A DNA stretch of 64,000 bases from Candidatus Aenigmatarchaeota archaeon (GCA_041489155.1 JBGPQP010000003.1:47744-111743); one strand, 5' to 3'. Positions 32,976-42,975 are shown, counted from the first letter of the stretch. Notes: generated from the sequence alone by a model not told the origin. Program-made: numbers and translations.

Positions 32976-33904
32976 AATGCCAACAACCCAGCGAGTTTAT
33001 CTATGTTTTCAATAACATATTTTGGCTTAGCTGTCTTTAATTTACCGGCGAGTTTAGGGTCGGCCAGTGCCTTTTCATCAACAGGCATCGAAACCCCGTC
33101 TATCGTCCTCGCGTCAGCCATGTGCAGCGAGCCGAGAGGAACGCGCGCCAGCTTGCCGGACGGCGTCTGTGAAGGGTCGATGCTCAGAACCTTTGGAAGC
33201 TTTTCATGGCCTCCCATTACGTTTATTTTCAGTTCTTTCTTTATCTGTTCTGCCCATCTGCCGGTGAAGCTCGCGAGTGGGTCGCTCTTTGAGAACATGA
33301 AATATTTGTCATAGAATGAGCCAGGCCTCGGTTTGTCGAGCATTATGTAAACATGGAAAGAGCTGCCCGTCCAGGAAACGAACGGTTCGGCTTTGCCAAT
33401 CAACTTTGCCAGGTTCTCGTCTTTCCTGACAATCTCGCAGAAAGCTTTTGTGACCTTTTGTGCCGTTTCAAGAAGAACGCCTTCACCTCTGTCCATGTCG
33501 AAGAATATGCGGTCTATCGGCTTTCCTGCGCCTTCGCAGTTCGCCGCATAGAAAAAATCCATGAGCTTGCGCGGAGGGAAGTAGGACCATACCAGTTTCT
33601 GCTTTTCAGTAAGCTGATTCTCAACGTCCTTGAGATGATGCTTGCCGCGAACTTCGAGGAACTCCGGTGTTATAGCCTCCACGAAATCTTCGATGAACAG
33701 CTTCGGTTTGTTGGAGCCGCGGTTCAGGAAATATTTTATGTTACCCTGCGGCAGCCATACTTTCGATGCGAGTTCCTTGCCGTGCAGGAATTTTTTCAGT
33801 TTCTCGCCAGCGATTCCATAGAGCAGGAGGACGTCGATATCTCCGTATGGCCTTACCACGTCCTTAACCTCTTTTGCTAGGCTTGAAAGTGAATTCATGG
33901 TCAT
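32972..33904 (-). CDS. Archaeo-eukaryotic primase-fold protein, LigD polymerase-like
   Basis: IDRIFFDMDRG (motif I DxD), TGSSFHVY (motif II) and SIDPSQ..GKL.RVP.SL (motif III-like). Coupled to the LigD phosphoesterase gene. Confidence 0.7.
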   Translation of the reverse strand: MTMNSLSSLAKEVKDVVRPYGDIDVLLLYGIAGEKLKKFLHGKELASKVWLPQGNIKYFLNRGSNKPKLFIEDFVEAITPEFLEVRGKHHLKDVENQLTEKQKLVWSYFPPRKLMDFFYAANCEGAGKPIDRIFFDMDRGEGVLLETAQKVTKAFCEIVRKDENLAKLIGKAEPFVSWTGSSFHVYIMLDKPRPGSFYDKYFMFSKSDPLASFTGRWAEQIKKELKINVMGGHEKLPKVLSIDPSQTPSGKLARVPLGSLHMADARTIDGVSMPVDEKALADPKLAGKLKTAKPKYVIENIDKLAGLLAL

Positions 33905-34272
33905 AATCTAACCTTGAAAAACAGCCAGTTTTTCGCCCCGGCTTTCTTGAATTTCAGCAGCACGTATTCGCCGCGCAGCTTCTTGCCGTTCATTCTGACG
34001 ACGATTTTGTCATCAGTTTTTTCAACAAGGTCATACGTCCCCCTGTCCCAGATTTTCACCTTGCCTGCGCCATAGCTGCCTTCTGGTATCGTGCCCTCGA
34101 ACTTCGCATACGCCAGTTCATGGTCTTCGACCTGAATGGCCAGCCGCTTTACATTCGGCTCGAGAGGCGGCTCTTTCGGGACAGCGAAACTCTTCAGAGC
34201 GCCGTCCATCTCAAGGCGCAGGTCCCAGTGGAGATGCTTCGCATGATGCTCATGCACGACAAATACGGGCAT
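33901..34272 (-). CDS. Stand-alone LigD 3'-phosphoesterase module
   Basis: FVVHEHHAKHLHWDLRLE, SFAVPK, RLAIQVEDH, FEGTIPEG.YGAG and WDRG motifs. Confidence 0.93.
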   Translation of the reverse strand: MPVFVVHEHHAKHLHWDLRLEMDGALKSFAVPKEPPLEPNVKRLAIQVEDHELAYAKFEGTIPEGSYGAGKVKIWDRGTYDLVEKTDDKIVVRMNGKKLRGEYVLLKFKKAGAKNWLFFKVRL

Positions 34273-34315
34273 CTTTAAGTTTTATATAATGAATATAAAA
34301 TAATCGGTATTATAT

Positions 34316-34387
34316 GGGCTCGTAGCTCAGGGGTAGAGCGCTCGGCTCGCATCCGAGAGGCCTCGGGTTCAAATCCCGACGAGTCCA
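34316..34387 (+). tRNA. tRNA-Ala(CGC)
   Basis: Cloverleaf; anticodon loop CT-CGC-AT; G3:U70 alanine identity pair; GGTTCAAAT T-loop. Confidence 0.95.
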
Positions 34388-34435
34388 TATATTTTAAATA
34401 GACGATTCAAAGTTAATGGAAATCAAGTGGTTTTT

Positions 34436-35140
34436 ATGACCAAATTCCTTTACGTGACCGATGTACATGGCACCGTAGAAATCTATGAAAGGATGTTCGA
34501 GCTGGGCAAAGCGAAGGACATCGATTTCCTGGTTTTCGGCGGGGACATAACCTCAGGCAACGACCCGAACGGCCAGAGATTCTTTCTCGGGTTTTACCTA
34601 GTGAAAAGGCTGAAGGAGTTCACGAAGCAGAGGAAGAAGCCGGTTTTCATAATGATGGGCAACGACGATTTTTCATCCAATGCCCGCATGCTCAAGAAGG
34701 CAGGCAGGCAAAAAATCGCGAACATACTGCACAACAGGTTTTTCAGGGATGATGGCATCAATATCGCAGGCTACCCCTTCATAAACCCCACGCCCTTCCT
34801 TCTGAAAGACTGGGAAAAGAGCGAGAAGGAGATTGCGAGGGATCTTGAAAAATTGTCCGCAAAGCTCGAGCCCGAGAAAACGATTTACGTATTTCACGCG
34901 CCGCCTTACGGAACGAAGCTCGACATCCTTTGCAACGGCCAGCACAAAGGCAGCAAAGCGGTCCTGGGCTTCATAAAGAAGAACCAGCCCGTGCTGACGC
35001 TGCACGGCCACATACACGAAGCTCCCGAGGTTTCCGGGACGATGAAAGAGAAGATAGGCAGGACGCTCTGCATCAATCCAGGCAACGGGAAAATAATATC
35101 AGTCGACCTCGATGGCATGAAATTAAAAGAAATGCAGTGA
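34436..35140 (+). CDS. Icc-like metallophosphoesterase
   Basis: TDVHG, GGD, GNDD, HAPP, GHIHE and NPG motifs. Confidence 0.9.
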   Translation: MTKFLYVTDVHGTVEIYERMFELGKAKDIDFLVFGGDITSGNDPNGQRFFLGFYLVKRLKEFTKQRKKPVFIMMGNDDFSSNARMLKKAGRQKIANILHNRFFRDDGINIAGYPFINPTPFLLKDWEKSEKEIARDLEKLSAKLEPEKTIYVFHAPPYGTKLDILCNGQHKGSKAVLGFIKKNQPVLTLHGHIHEAPEVSGTMKEKIGRTLCINPGNGKIISVDLDGMKLKEMQ

Positions 35141-35198
35141 AAGATAATTTTTTAAAGCGTTTTTCCAATTTTTAACGGGTTGATTTGTTGTGGTGAAG

Positions 35199-35321
35199 AT
35201 GTCTGAGTTGATTGAAAAAAGCATCTGCAGGAAATGCGGCATAGTTTTCAAACGCGCCAGCGAATGCCCGAGGTGCGGCAAGAGCGACGGGCTCGATGTT
35301 TACTTCGAGGCGAAGGAATAA
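35199..35321 (+). CDS. 40-aa CxxCG zinc-finger microprotein
   Basis: Not in the ORF track. MSELIEKSICRKCGIVFKRASECPRCGKSDGLDVYFEAKE; GGTGA SD. Confidence 0.75.
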   Translation: MSELIEKSICRKCGIVFKRASECPRCGKSDGLDVYFEAKE

Positions 35322-35353
35322 GGTTTATTTCTGGGTAGCAATATAATATAATA

Positions 35354-35602
35354 ATGGTATTCCAGACGCTGAACAAATTGAAATGGACTGGCAAGCTTGA
35401 CAGGGCCGTTATAGTTTTCATACACAGGGGAGCGGAAAACGACAGGAAAACTATTCATGGGCATCAGCTCACAAGCATAAAAAAGTCGCATTTCTGTTAC
35501 AAGGATAGGGGCCGCGAAACCCACATACCGAACCACAGGGTCCTGGAGATACGCCTGGATGGCGAGATACTATGGAAGAAAAGAACCATTCCAAAAGGAT
35601 GA
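35354..35602 (+). CDS. DUF504-like (RNA repair-associated) small protein
   Basis: LNKLKW, IHRGA and IPNHRVLEI...G.ILW motifs. Confidence 0.8.
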   Translation: MVFQTLNKLKWTGKLDRAVIVFIHRGAENDRKTIHGHQLTSIKKSHFCYKDRGRETHIPNHRVLEIRLDGEILWKKRTIPKG

Positions 35603-36069
35603 TAACCTGCTTCAAATTCCCGGAGGAGGGCAGGTCGCTCAGGAAATGGAAGAAGGTCCGCCACCCGCTGAGGGTCCTCTTCAACTACATGGTAATAACC
35701 GCGTGCAAATTCCTTCCCGACATCGAATTCAAGAACCGTCTTTACAGGAGGACGGGCATGAAGATAGGTAAGAACGTAAAGATATACGGTTCCAATCTCG
35801 ACGTATTTTTCCCCGAATTGATAGAAATAGGCGACAACTGCACCATAGGCTCTTTCACATCCATCCTGACCCACGAATTCGTCAACGGCCATTACACGAA
35901 AGGGAGAGTGAAGATAGGCAGCGATGTTCTCGTGGGGACGATGACTCTTGTACTCCCGGGCGTTGAGATAGGAAATCGCGCGAAGATTGCCGCATACTCG
36001 CTGGTGAACAAAAGCGTGCTGCCCGACGCCTTCGTAGGCGGAGTGCCCATAAGAGAGATAGCTACATGA
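35572..36069 (+). CDS. Hexapeptide-repeat acyltransferase
   Basis: GMKIGKNVKI, IEIGDNCTIG, LPGVEIG and GGVP motifs. Confidence 0.88.
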   Translation: MEEKNHSKRMITCFKFPEEGRSLRKWKKVRHPLRVLFNYMVITACKFLPDIEFKNRLYRRTGMKIGKNVKIYGSNLDVFFPELIEIGDNCTIGSFTSILTHEFVNGHYTKGRVKIGSDVLVGTMTLVLPGVEIGNRAKIAAYSLVNKSVLPDAFVGGVPIREIAT

Positions 36070-36680
36070 GATTCGGGAAATTCTCGGAGCTCTCCGGAAG
36101 AATTCTGGGCAACAAAAAAATTCTGCTTTTTCTTGCAATAGCCAATATCGCCGGCTTTTTTGCAGGCATCTATTTTTACCGGGAGCAGTTGGCGGGCTCG
36201 AACCCGCTGCTCTGGATAGTCATAATGGACTCGCCGATCTCCGTCCTCCTTTTTGCCGTTGTCTGCATGCTCCTTTATTTCAACAAAAAAATACCCGAAG
36301 CGCTCAAGCTTTTCGCTTCCGTATACGTGATAAAATACGGCATCTGGACGATGCTTACGCTCTGGCTCTACCGGAGCAATTACGTCATCCCGGTAGACCA
36401 GATTATAGGCGTTGCGGATTTCATTCTTCACTTCGGCATGGTGCTGGAAGGCATTGTGCTGATCCCCAAAATCAGGCCGAGAATCCGCGATACTCTGGTC
36501 GCGCTCTTGCTTTGCCTCACAAATGATTTCTTCGATTACTTCCTAGGGACAGTCACGAGAATACCGACGACGTACATAGACTTTCTTATGCTGGAAAGCT
36601 TCGCGGTGAGCATCATTTTAACGCTTTCTATTTTTATCTGTCAAAGAACGGCAGGCTCGAAGGCAAGCTCGAAATTGTAG
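36066..36680 (+). CDS. DUF1405-like membrane protein
   Basis: Y..QL, DSP, KYGIWT, H.GM..E and ND..DY motifs. Confidence 0.75.
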   Translation: MRFGKFSELSGRILGNKKILLFLAIANIAGFFAGIYFYREQLAGSNPLLWIVIMDSPISVLLFAVVCMLLYFNKKIPEALKLFASVYVIKYGIWTMLTLWLYRSNYVIPVDQIIGVADFILHFGMVLEGIVLIPKIRPRIRDTLVALLLCLTNDFFDYFLGTVTRIPTTYIDFLMLESFAVSIILTLSIFICQRTAGSKASSKL

Positions 36681-37492
36681 AGCCGCTGGAGCCTGGGACT
36701 GAATTTTAGCAGATCCCTGCTTCCGTCTAGGATGCTTTCCAGAACTTTCCCGCTTATCGGGATGTAAGAAGTGTGGCTTCCTGACACTAGCCTTCTTGTC
36801 TTTATCTGCCTCTCGTTCAAGCCTATTTCAGGAGTTGAAAAATTTACAAGCTGGAGATTTTTTGCCGCAAAATCCCTTGCCTCTTCCGGAGTAGGCCGTG
36901 ACAGAAAATTCAGCACCCAATATTGTTTTGGTATTTCGCTATCAGGATTCGCTTTTGCTGAGAAAAGAACGGCTGTTGCGTCACGCTCAAGCTTCTTCAC
37001 TTTTGCCACGTCTTCATCCTCCAGGACCTCGTCGCATGTAGCTAACCTAAACAAGTCTGTCCTGTAATCCGGCATTTCAAGAGTTTTCGCCTTCGCCTTA
37101 CGCCCGCATGACCTCGGTAGACCCATGCACTTCAGAAGCCTCGCCATGTATGCCCCGCCTTCTTCTGCCATGGACAGCACCGACCCGTGATTTCCCTTTG
37201 TCGGCTTTATCTTTGTTTTCAGACTCAGTTTTTCCATTATGTTCTTTTCTATGCGCTCAAGCGTTTCTTCATTGCCCGATATGTTAACGTCCTTTCTCGC
37301 GACGCAGCCGGAGTAGAATGCGAAATTGGCCAGGACGTTAAGGAAACTGAAATTCCCGTCAACATAGAGAGGGAGCAGTCCCCTTTCTTTGAGAAATTTG
37401 TAGCATGCAGTGGCATATTTACAATTGGGCCTGTCGTAAGTGCCTTCTATGACATCAAAGGGTGAAACAAGCGAATAATTTCTCAATTTCAT
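36641..37492 (-). CDS. Hypothetical protein, possibly a degenerate LAGLIDADG-like protein
   Basis: LANFAFYSG and MARLLKCMGLP..GRK...MPDY weakly resemble LAGLIDADG core segments. Confidence 0.55.
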   Translation of the reverse strand: MKLRNYSLVSPFDVIEGTYDRPNCKYATACYKFLKERGLLPLYVDGNFSFLNVLANFAFYSGCVARKDVNISGNEETLERIEKNIMEKLSLKTKIKPTKGNHGSVLSMAEEGGAYMARLLKCMGLPRSCGRKAKAKTLEMPDYRTDLFRLATCDEVLEDEDVAKVKKLERDATAVLFSAKANPDSEIPKQYWVLNFLSRPTPEEARDFAAKNLQLVNFSTPEIGLNERQIKTRRLVSGSHTSYIPISGKVLESILDGSRDLLKFSPRLQRLYNFELAFEPAVL

Positions 37493-37525
37493 TAAAAGAC
37501 GTTTCGTGCAAGTTTTAAATTCCCA

Positions 37526-38560
37526 TCATTTTCCAGAGCAGGAAACCCTGAAGTTCTCGCCGTGCTCTCTGACAGCGAATTTCGAGCCCAGGAATTTCTC
37601 GCACAGCCAGATGTTGGTCTTGACGTGCTCCGTGAGGTCGGGTATGAGGATTTCGGATTTGCCGTGGGCGAGCGCCATGAAAGGAATCAGCTGGTCGGCG
37701 AGATGAAACCCGACCGTCGAGCCGTAGTCCATTTCTTCCTTAAGCTTGAACGCAGCCTCCTCGCCGACGACCTCCGCCGGCTTCCTCTCCTCGCCGACAT
37801 GATCGCCCGAAAGGATGCAGCCCGTCGAGGTTTTCGCCCAGACGACGAAGACGGAGCCAGGAGATTTCGCTTCAACATAAAGCGGCTTTATCTCGACTCC
37901 CTTCTCCTTCCTTATTATCCTGTGGTAGCCTGCTATCTGGCGTTCTGCAACGTTCCTGTTTTTCAGCGACGAGCTGGCGATGGAAAGGCCGTCTATAGTC
38001 TCCACTTTGCCAGGCTCGGTCATTACCAGCGGCAGGATTTTCTTCGCCGGGCTGATCTCGAACTGCACGTCGCTGCCGCCTTCTGGATAGAAGCCGTGCC
38101 TTTTGACTGTGAACTTCGCCTCGATGCCCATCCTTTCAAGGATTGGAAAAAGCACGTTCTCAAGATAATAGATGGGTGGCGCCCAGAGACTCGCTGTCGA
38201 GCCGCCTTTTATGCTGAGGACGGTTTTGCCGCTGGCCAGAAGCGCGGGGATCATTACAGCATAACCCAGGAGGCCGATGGAGCCGGCGGTCTCGATGTTG
38301 ACATCGAAGCTGCCGTGCTTTATTTTTCCCGGCCTGAATTCGATTTCCTTCGAGCCGACTTCGTCGCCTTTCAGGCTCGCCGAGCATATCTTTGCGATCG
38401 TCCTCACGGCCTCGAGATGCTGGTGGTGCAGGCCGGGGCTCGGCCGTTTCGCGCGGATGTCTGTTATCTTTATCGGTTTTCCGGTGAGCGCTGAGAAAGC
38501 GACCGCAAGCCGAACTATCGTTCCAGAACCGCTGCCGTACTCGCCGGGGATTTCAAGCAT
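37526..38560 (-). CDS. rtcA: RNA 3'-terminal phosphate cyclase
   Basis: IRAKRPSPGL, TAGSI.L, GFYPEGG, AEVVGE, HLADQL and H..TN motifs. Confidence 0.92.
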   Translation of the reverse strand: MLEIPGEYGSGSGTIVRLAVAFSALTGKPIKITDIRAKRPSPGLHHQHLEAVRTIAKICSASLKGDEVGSKEIEFRPGKIKHGSFDVNIETAGSIGLLGYAVMIPALLASGKTVLSIKGGSTASLWAPPIYYLENVLFPILERMGIEAKFTVKRHGFYPEGGSDVQFEISPAKKILPLVMTEPGKVETIDGLSIASSSLKNRNVAERQIAGYHRIIRKEKGVEIKPLYVEAKSPGSVFVVWAKTSTGCILSGDHVGEERKPAEVVGEEAAFKLKEEMDYGSTVGFHLADQLIPFMALAHGKSEILIPDLTEHVKTNIWLCEKFLGSKFAVREHGENFRVSCSGK

Positions 38561-38608
38561 GATTATAATTTGTCTTGGGAATTAAAAATAGGTTTCATTT
38601 TCGGCGTC

Positions 38609-39859
38609 TCATGCAACCTTGAAGGTTTCGCCGTTTTTCGGCGCTTCCGCGTCGAAGCCCTTCGCCTTCAGCTCCTCGGCGAATTCCGCTGTCTTCTCTC
38701 CGTGAACCAGAAGGATTTTCCTCGGGTTGACTTTTTTGTAGAATTCAATCAGATGGTCGTGGTCGGTGTGCGCGGAGAAATCAAGGAACTCGATGCGCAT
38801 CCTTGGCCTGACTTCCAGGTCGCCAGCGACGAACTTGCCCGTGTCGAGAAGCTTTCTGCCGCCGGTTCCCGGTACTTGGTATCCCGTGAGAATAAGGGTG
38901 CAGTCCTCCCTGTCGTACAGGTTGGACAGGTAGCTGACGACAGGCCCGCCGTTGAGCATCCCTGCCGTGGTGAGAATGGCGCACGGGTTCTGTATTATCC
39001 TCTCCCTTTCGCTCGCCCTCGTGACCTTCCTTGCCATGGAAAACGCCTTCTGAAGTTTCTTGTAATCTCTTATGCTTTTCGGGTGGCGGAGAATCGCCTC
39101 CGTCGCTCTTGCGCCCATGCCGTCTATGTAAAGGGGAACGCCCAGGTCATGCAGGATCATCAGCAGCTCCTGCGTCCTTCCCACGGCGAAAGCGGGAATG
39201 ATACAAACGCCTCCCGCGTAAACAGTTTCCTGCACCTTTTTTCTGAGCGCGTCTTCAATCGATTTCCTGTCCGGGTGGTTCATGTACGAGTACGTGGATT
39301 CGGATATGAGGACGTCAATGTCCTTGAAGTCCGTGTACGCGCCGTTCATAAGATGCGTGCCGAGGAATTTGATGTCGCCCGTGAAAAGCACGCGCTTGCC
39401 GCGGCTTTCGAGAAGCGTAGTCGCGCTTCCGGGAATGTGGCCCGCGCTCTGGAAGCTTACCGAAGAGAGGGTGAAATCGTCTTTTTCGCCCGGCTTGAGG
39501 AAAACCGCGTTCTTTTCGAGCTGGCGGATGTCGTCCATCGTGAAATCCAGGTTGTCGCATTCCCTCTTCTGCAGCTTCAGCGAGTCGCGGAGGAGGATGG
39601 AGAGCAGGTCGAAGGTCGCCGGGTCAGCGGTTATCGCGCCCCCATATCCGAGATTGTAAAGCTGCGGAAGGAGACCTGAATGGTCGAGATGCGCATGCGA
39701 TACAAATACGCGGTCGAAATTTATTTCCGGCTGTATGGGTTTTCCCCAGGATTCCACGTTGATGCCGTATTCCCAGAGGAATTTCTCGGCGCCCGTGTCT
39801 ACCAGAATGCCCATCCTGCCTACTTCCCTGCAGCCGCCCAGAAAGCGCAGTTCGATCAT
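38609..39859 (-). CDS. MBL-fold beta-CASP ribonuclease
   Basis: GG..EVGR, SHAHLDH, AGHIPGS, ESTY, FAVGRTQE, FSAH and LVHGE motifs. Confidence 0.93.
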   Translation of the reverse strand: MIELRFLGGCREVGRMGILVDTGAEKFLWEYGINVESWGKPIQPEINFDRVFVSHAHLDHSGLLPQLYNLGYGGAITADPATFDLLSILLRDSLKLQKRECDNLDFTMDDIRQLEKNAVFLKPGEKDDFTLSSVSFQSAGHIPGSATTLLESRGKRVLFTGDIKFLGTHLMNGAYTDFKDIDVLISESTYSYMNHPDRKSIEDALRKKVQETVYAGGVCIIPAFAVGRTQELLMILHDLGVPLYIDGMGARATEAILRHPKSIRDYKKLQKAFSMARKVTRASERERIIQNPCAILTTAGMLNGGPVVSYLSNLYDREDCTLILTGYQVPGTGGRKLLDTGKFVAGDLEVRPRMRIEFLDFSAHTDHDHLIEFYKKVNPRKILLVHGEKTAEFAEELKAKGFDAEAPKNGETFKVA

Positions 39860-39989
39860 ACAATTACCAGTCAGTTAAGTAGTTTAATGGTCAAGCATTT
39901 TAATAAATGTCTTTGCATGCTATTATTTTTTATCAGCTTTCTTTGTGGCTGAAAACACGGCTATAAAACGCTTTCGATAAACCCCCTCG

Positions 39990-40526
39990 TCATCGCCTTG
40001 ACGGAATTCCCGCGCCAACCCTTTTGGTCAGCAGATAGCCTACGTCAAAACTCAGCATGCCAAGGAATATTATCCATTCTCCGGTTAACAGGGAAACCAT
40101 AAACGCGGTAAGCTCGAATACCAGCCTGTATTCGAAAACTTTTTTGAGGAGGCCTTTCATTTTTCCCTGGTCGGCCCTGTCGTTCCCTATTTCATCTACA
40201 AGGCCCGCGGCAAGGAAAACAGAAATCATGACGATGTCTATCTTGGGGAAGCCCCATATGCCCAGAAAAAGGAACATGGCCGCAATGCCTATGTTATGCG
40301 GTCGCTGGTCTATTTTCTTTGTCAGCAGGACCGCGAGAACAGCTGCAAGGCCAAGCGGAGCGAGAAGGGGATGAGTCGCAATTATGTACGCTATCATAAC
40401 GCCGTACACTATGCCGGTCAGGTATGAGAAGGCTCTCCTTATTTCCAAGCCTTCATCCGCTATAAGATCGGCGAACTTTGTGAGAACACCTGCTATGAAA
40501 ACCGGTATAAGTATTAAAAAATCCAT
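39990..40526 (-). CDS. Hypothetical membrane protein
   Basis: Hydrophobic ORF with K.AD..DE, KID..H and DE.GND motifs. Confidence 0.75.
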   Translation of the reverse strand: MDFLILIPVFIAGVLTKFADLIADEGLEIRRAFSYLTGIVYGVMIAYIIATHPLLAPLGLAAVLAVLLTKKIDQRPHNIGIAAMFLFLGIWGFPKIDIVMISVFLAAGLVDEIGNDRADQGKMKGLLKKVFEYRLVFELTAFMVSLLTGEWIIFLGMLSFDVGYLLTKRVGAGIPSRR

Positions 40527-40535
40527 AGCAAAACC

Positions 40536-41456
40536 TCACAGAAACTCCGAAATCAAAAGCGGAAAAACGATGCTTGCGTCGCCGTCGATGGTGACATGAT
40601 TCGCGCGCTTTTTTATCTTGCCCCACGAAATCGCCTCGTTCGTTCGAGCGCCAGACAGCGAGCCGTCCCATGGCTGCGACGTCGTAACGTAAACCGCATA
40701 ATCCAGCCCGCCCCTGATGAGGTTGACGCCGAGCACGTGATGCTTCGATATGCCTCCGCCGAGTATTATGCCTCCGGTCTTCTTCGCGGTAAGGACAATG
40801 TTGGCCAGGCTTTTCATGTCACCCGTCACGTCGATGACGAAATCCTTGTGGTCCTGCTTGAAAAAATACGACTGGAGCCCTATAGCAGAATCGGTTATCC
40901 CGGGAGAGAAAACAGGGATTCCATTTTTAGTCGCCCAGTAGAGGAACGAGTTCTTGTCTCTCGTCATCCGTCCGAGTTCCATCGCTATTTCGCTCGGGCA
41001 GGTCGCCTTGTTTTTCCTGTACAGCCTCGTGAAAAGCGGCTGGATTTTCTTTTCGAGGAAAACGTAGCGCTCTGTCGGGACGATTATGTTGCCTATCCTG
41101 TTCATCCCCTTCCTGTGCAGCTCTTTGTCGTCAAGATTGAAATCGCCGAGCAGGTAAGGCCGGAACGAGCGGATGAAATCATGCTCTATCGCGCCGCCCG
41201 TCGTGATTATCGCGTCCACCAAGCGACGCTCGCACATCCTCGCGAAGAGCGAGCGCATGCCGGAAGCAACCATGTTGGCGGTGAACGCAAGAAAGACGGT
41301 TGCTTTATCCTTGCGCATGCGCCTCATGATTTCCACGCCCTGTGCGAGGTTGGTCGCCTGAAAGCCTGCCAAGCGCATCTGCGCTATTAGCTTGTTCAGG
41401 CTCACACCTTCAAGATCGTAGTCCCTTATCTTGTCCATGCTTCTCAATTGGAGCAA
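40536..41456 (-). CDS. dys: Deoxyhypusine synthase (start may be 41438)
   Basis: GFQA, NRIGN, GGGISKHH, DGSLSGA and EAISWGK motifs. Confidence 0.95.
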   Translation of the reverse strand: MLQLRSMDKIRDYDLEGVSLNKLIAQMRLAGFQATNLAQGVEIMRRMRKDKATVFLAFTANMVASGMRSLFARMCERRLVDAIITTGGAIEHDFIRSFRPYLLGDFNLDDKELHRKGMNRIGNIIVPTERYVFLEKKIQPLFTRLYRKNKATCPSEIAMELGRMTRDKNSFLYWATKNGIPVFSPGITDSAIGLQSYFFKQDHKDFVIDVTGDMKSLANIVLTAKKTGGIILGGGISKHHVLGVNLIRGGLDYAVYVTTSQPWDGSLSGARTNEAISWGKIKKRANHVTIDGDASIVFPLLISEFL

Positions 41457-41471
41457 CGTCTTAATAAAATC

Positions 41472-41819
41472 CTATTCAGGGCCTGCGAATTTCCAGAACT
41501 TCCACGTCGGCTTGCCGAAGAACGAGAGGAACAAGACCATCACCATCAGGAAGAGCACGATGATGAATATCGTCATCGCAATGTAGGTCATCGCGAGCGC
41601 CGCGCCTTCGCCGAGGGAAAATACGAAAATGAGCGAGGCAAGCAGAATCGCTACGATGAAGAAGGCGATCCTCTCGCGCCTCCTAGGCTCGCGTTTTGCC
41701 TTCCTTCTGAAAAAAATGACCAGGAAATAATACACGACGATAAAAATCAGCAGCGCAGCCAGCAGGCTGAAGAAGCCGACAGACCAGAGGAATCCGATGC
41801 CCGCCTCCCATGGACCCAT
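41472..41819 (-). CDS. Hypothetical membrane protein
   Basis: Three hydrophobic segments with a basic loop. Confidence 0.65.
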   Translation of the reverse strand: MGPWEAGIGFLWSVGFFSLLAALLIFIVVYYFLVIFFRRKAKREPRRRERIAFFIVAILLASLIFVFSLGEGAALAMTYIAMTIFIIVLFLMVMVLFLSFFGKPTWKFWKFAGPE

Positions 41820-41882
41820 AATTAATATTTGCGTGGGAATTTTAATAAGACTTCCAGAACAACAATATAGTATAGTGATGTA

Positions 41883-42959
41883 ATGGATTTGCAGGAAAGA
41901 CTCAGGTTGATTTCTCAGGTTGGCGAGGAAATCGTCACGCATGATGAGCTCAAAGAACTTTTAAAAGAAAAGCCGCATCCGATCGCCTACGATGGCTTCG
42001 AGCCGAGCGGACGAGTTCATATAGCACAGGGCATACTGCGCGCCATCAATGTGAACAAGATGACCCTCGCTGGCTGCCGCTTCAAGATGCTCGTCGCGGA
42101 CTGGCACGGCTGGGCCAACAACAAGATGGGCGGCGATCTCGAGAAAATCCAGACGGTCGGCAAGTACCTGATAGAGGTATGGAAGTCCTGCGGCATGGAC
42201 CTGGACAACGTCGAGTTCGTATGGGCATCAGAGCTCGTAAAAGACGACGATTACTGGAAGAAGGTAATGCAGGTCGCGAGAAACACGACCGTCAGCCGCA
42301 TCGTCCGCTGCGGCCAGATAATGGGCAGGGAAGATGCGGAAGTCCAGCAGGCTTCGCAGATACTTTATCCGTGCATGCAGGCCGCGGACATATTCCAGCT
42401 GAAGGCGGACATCTGCCAGCTCGGCATGGACCAGCGCAAGGTCAACATCCTCGCTCGAGAGATTGGCCAGAAGCTAGGCTACTGGAAACCAGTGATAGTA
42501 TCGCATCATATGCTGATGGGTCTCGGCGAGCCAGCCAGCAAGGAAAAGGATGCTGCCGAGCGGGCGATAGATCTGAAAATGTCAAAGAGCAAGCCGGAAA
42601 CTGCGATATTCATGACGGACACGCAGGAGGATGTTGAAAGGAAAATAGGCAAGGCCTACTGCCCGCAGAAAGAGGCAAGAGACAACCCGGTGCTCGAATA
42701 CTGTAAGTACATCGTTTTCGAGAAGTTCAGGACGTTGGACATCAAGAGGGCTGAGAAATTCGGAGGCGACATCACATTCGCCAGCTACGCTGAGCTAGAG
42801 AAGGCTTACGTTACCGGCGTGCTCCACCCGATGGACCTGAAGGCGGCCGTCGCTTCCAAAATAAACGAGCTGCTAGACCCGGTCAGGCAGCATTTCGAGA
42901 AAAACGCGAAGGCGAAGGAGCTTCTCGAGAAAGTGAACAAGCTGGAAGTGACCAGATAA
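41883..42959 (+). CDS. tyrS: Tyrosyl-tRNA synthetase
   Basis: YDGFEPSGRVHIAQG, YPCMQAAD, GMDQRK and KMSKS motifs. Confidence 0.97.
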   Translation: MDLQERLRLISQVGEEIVTHDELKELLKEKPHPIAYDGFEPSGRVHIAQGILRAINVNKMTLAGCRFKMLVADWHGWANNKMGGDLEKIQTVGKYLIEVWKSCGMDLDNVEFVWASELVKDDDYWKKVMQVARNTTVSRIVRCGQIMGREDAEVQQASQILYPCMQAADIFQLKADICQLGMDQRKVNILAREIGQKLGYWKPVIVSHHMLMGLGEPASKEKDAAERAIDLKMSKSKPETAIFMTDTQEDVERKIGKAYCPQKEARDNPVLEYCKYIVFEKFRTLDIKRAEKFGGDITFASYAELEKAYVTGVLHPMDLKAAVASKINELLDPVRQHFEKNAKAKELLEKVNKLEVTR

Positions 42960-42975
42960 AAAACGGGATGCGCGG

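Noticed and set aside
34316..34387. tRNA-Ala as an integration site for a mobile element
   Set aside because: No integrase and no duplicated tRNA 3' end were seen in the window.
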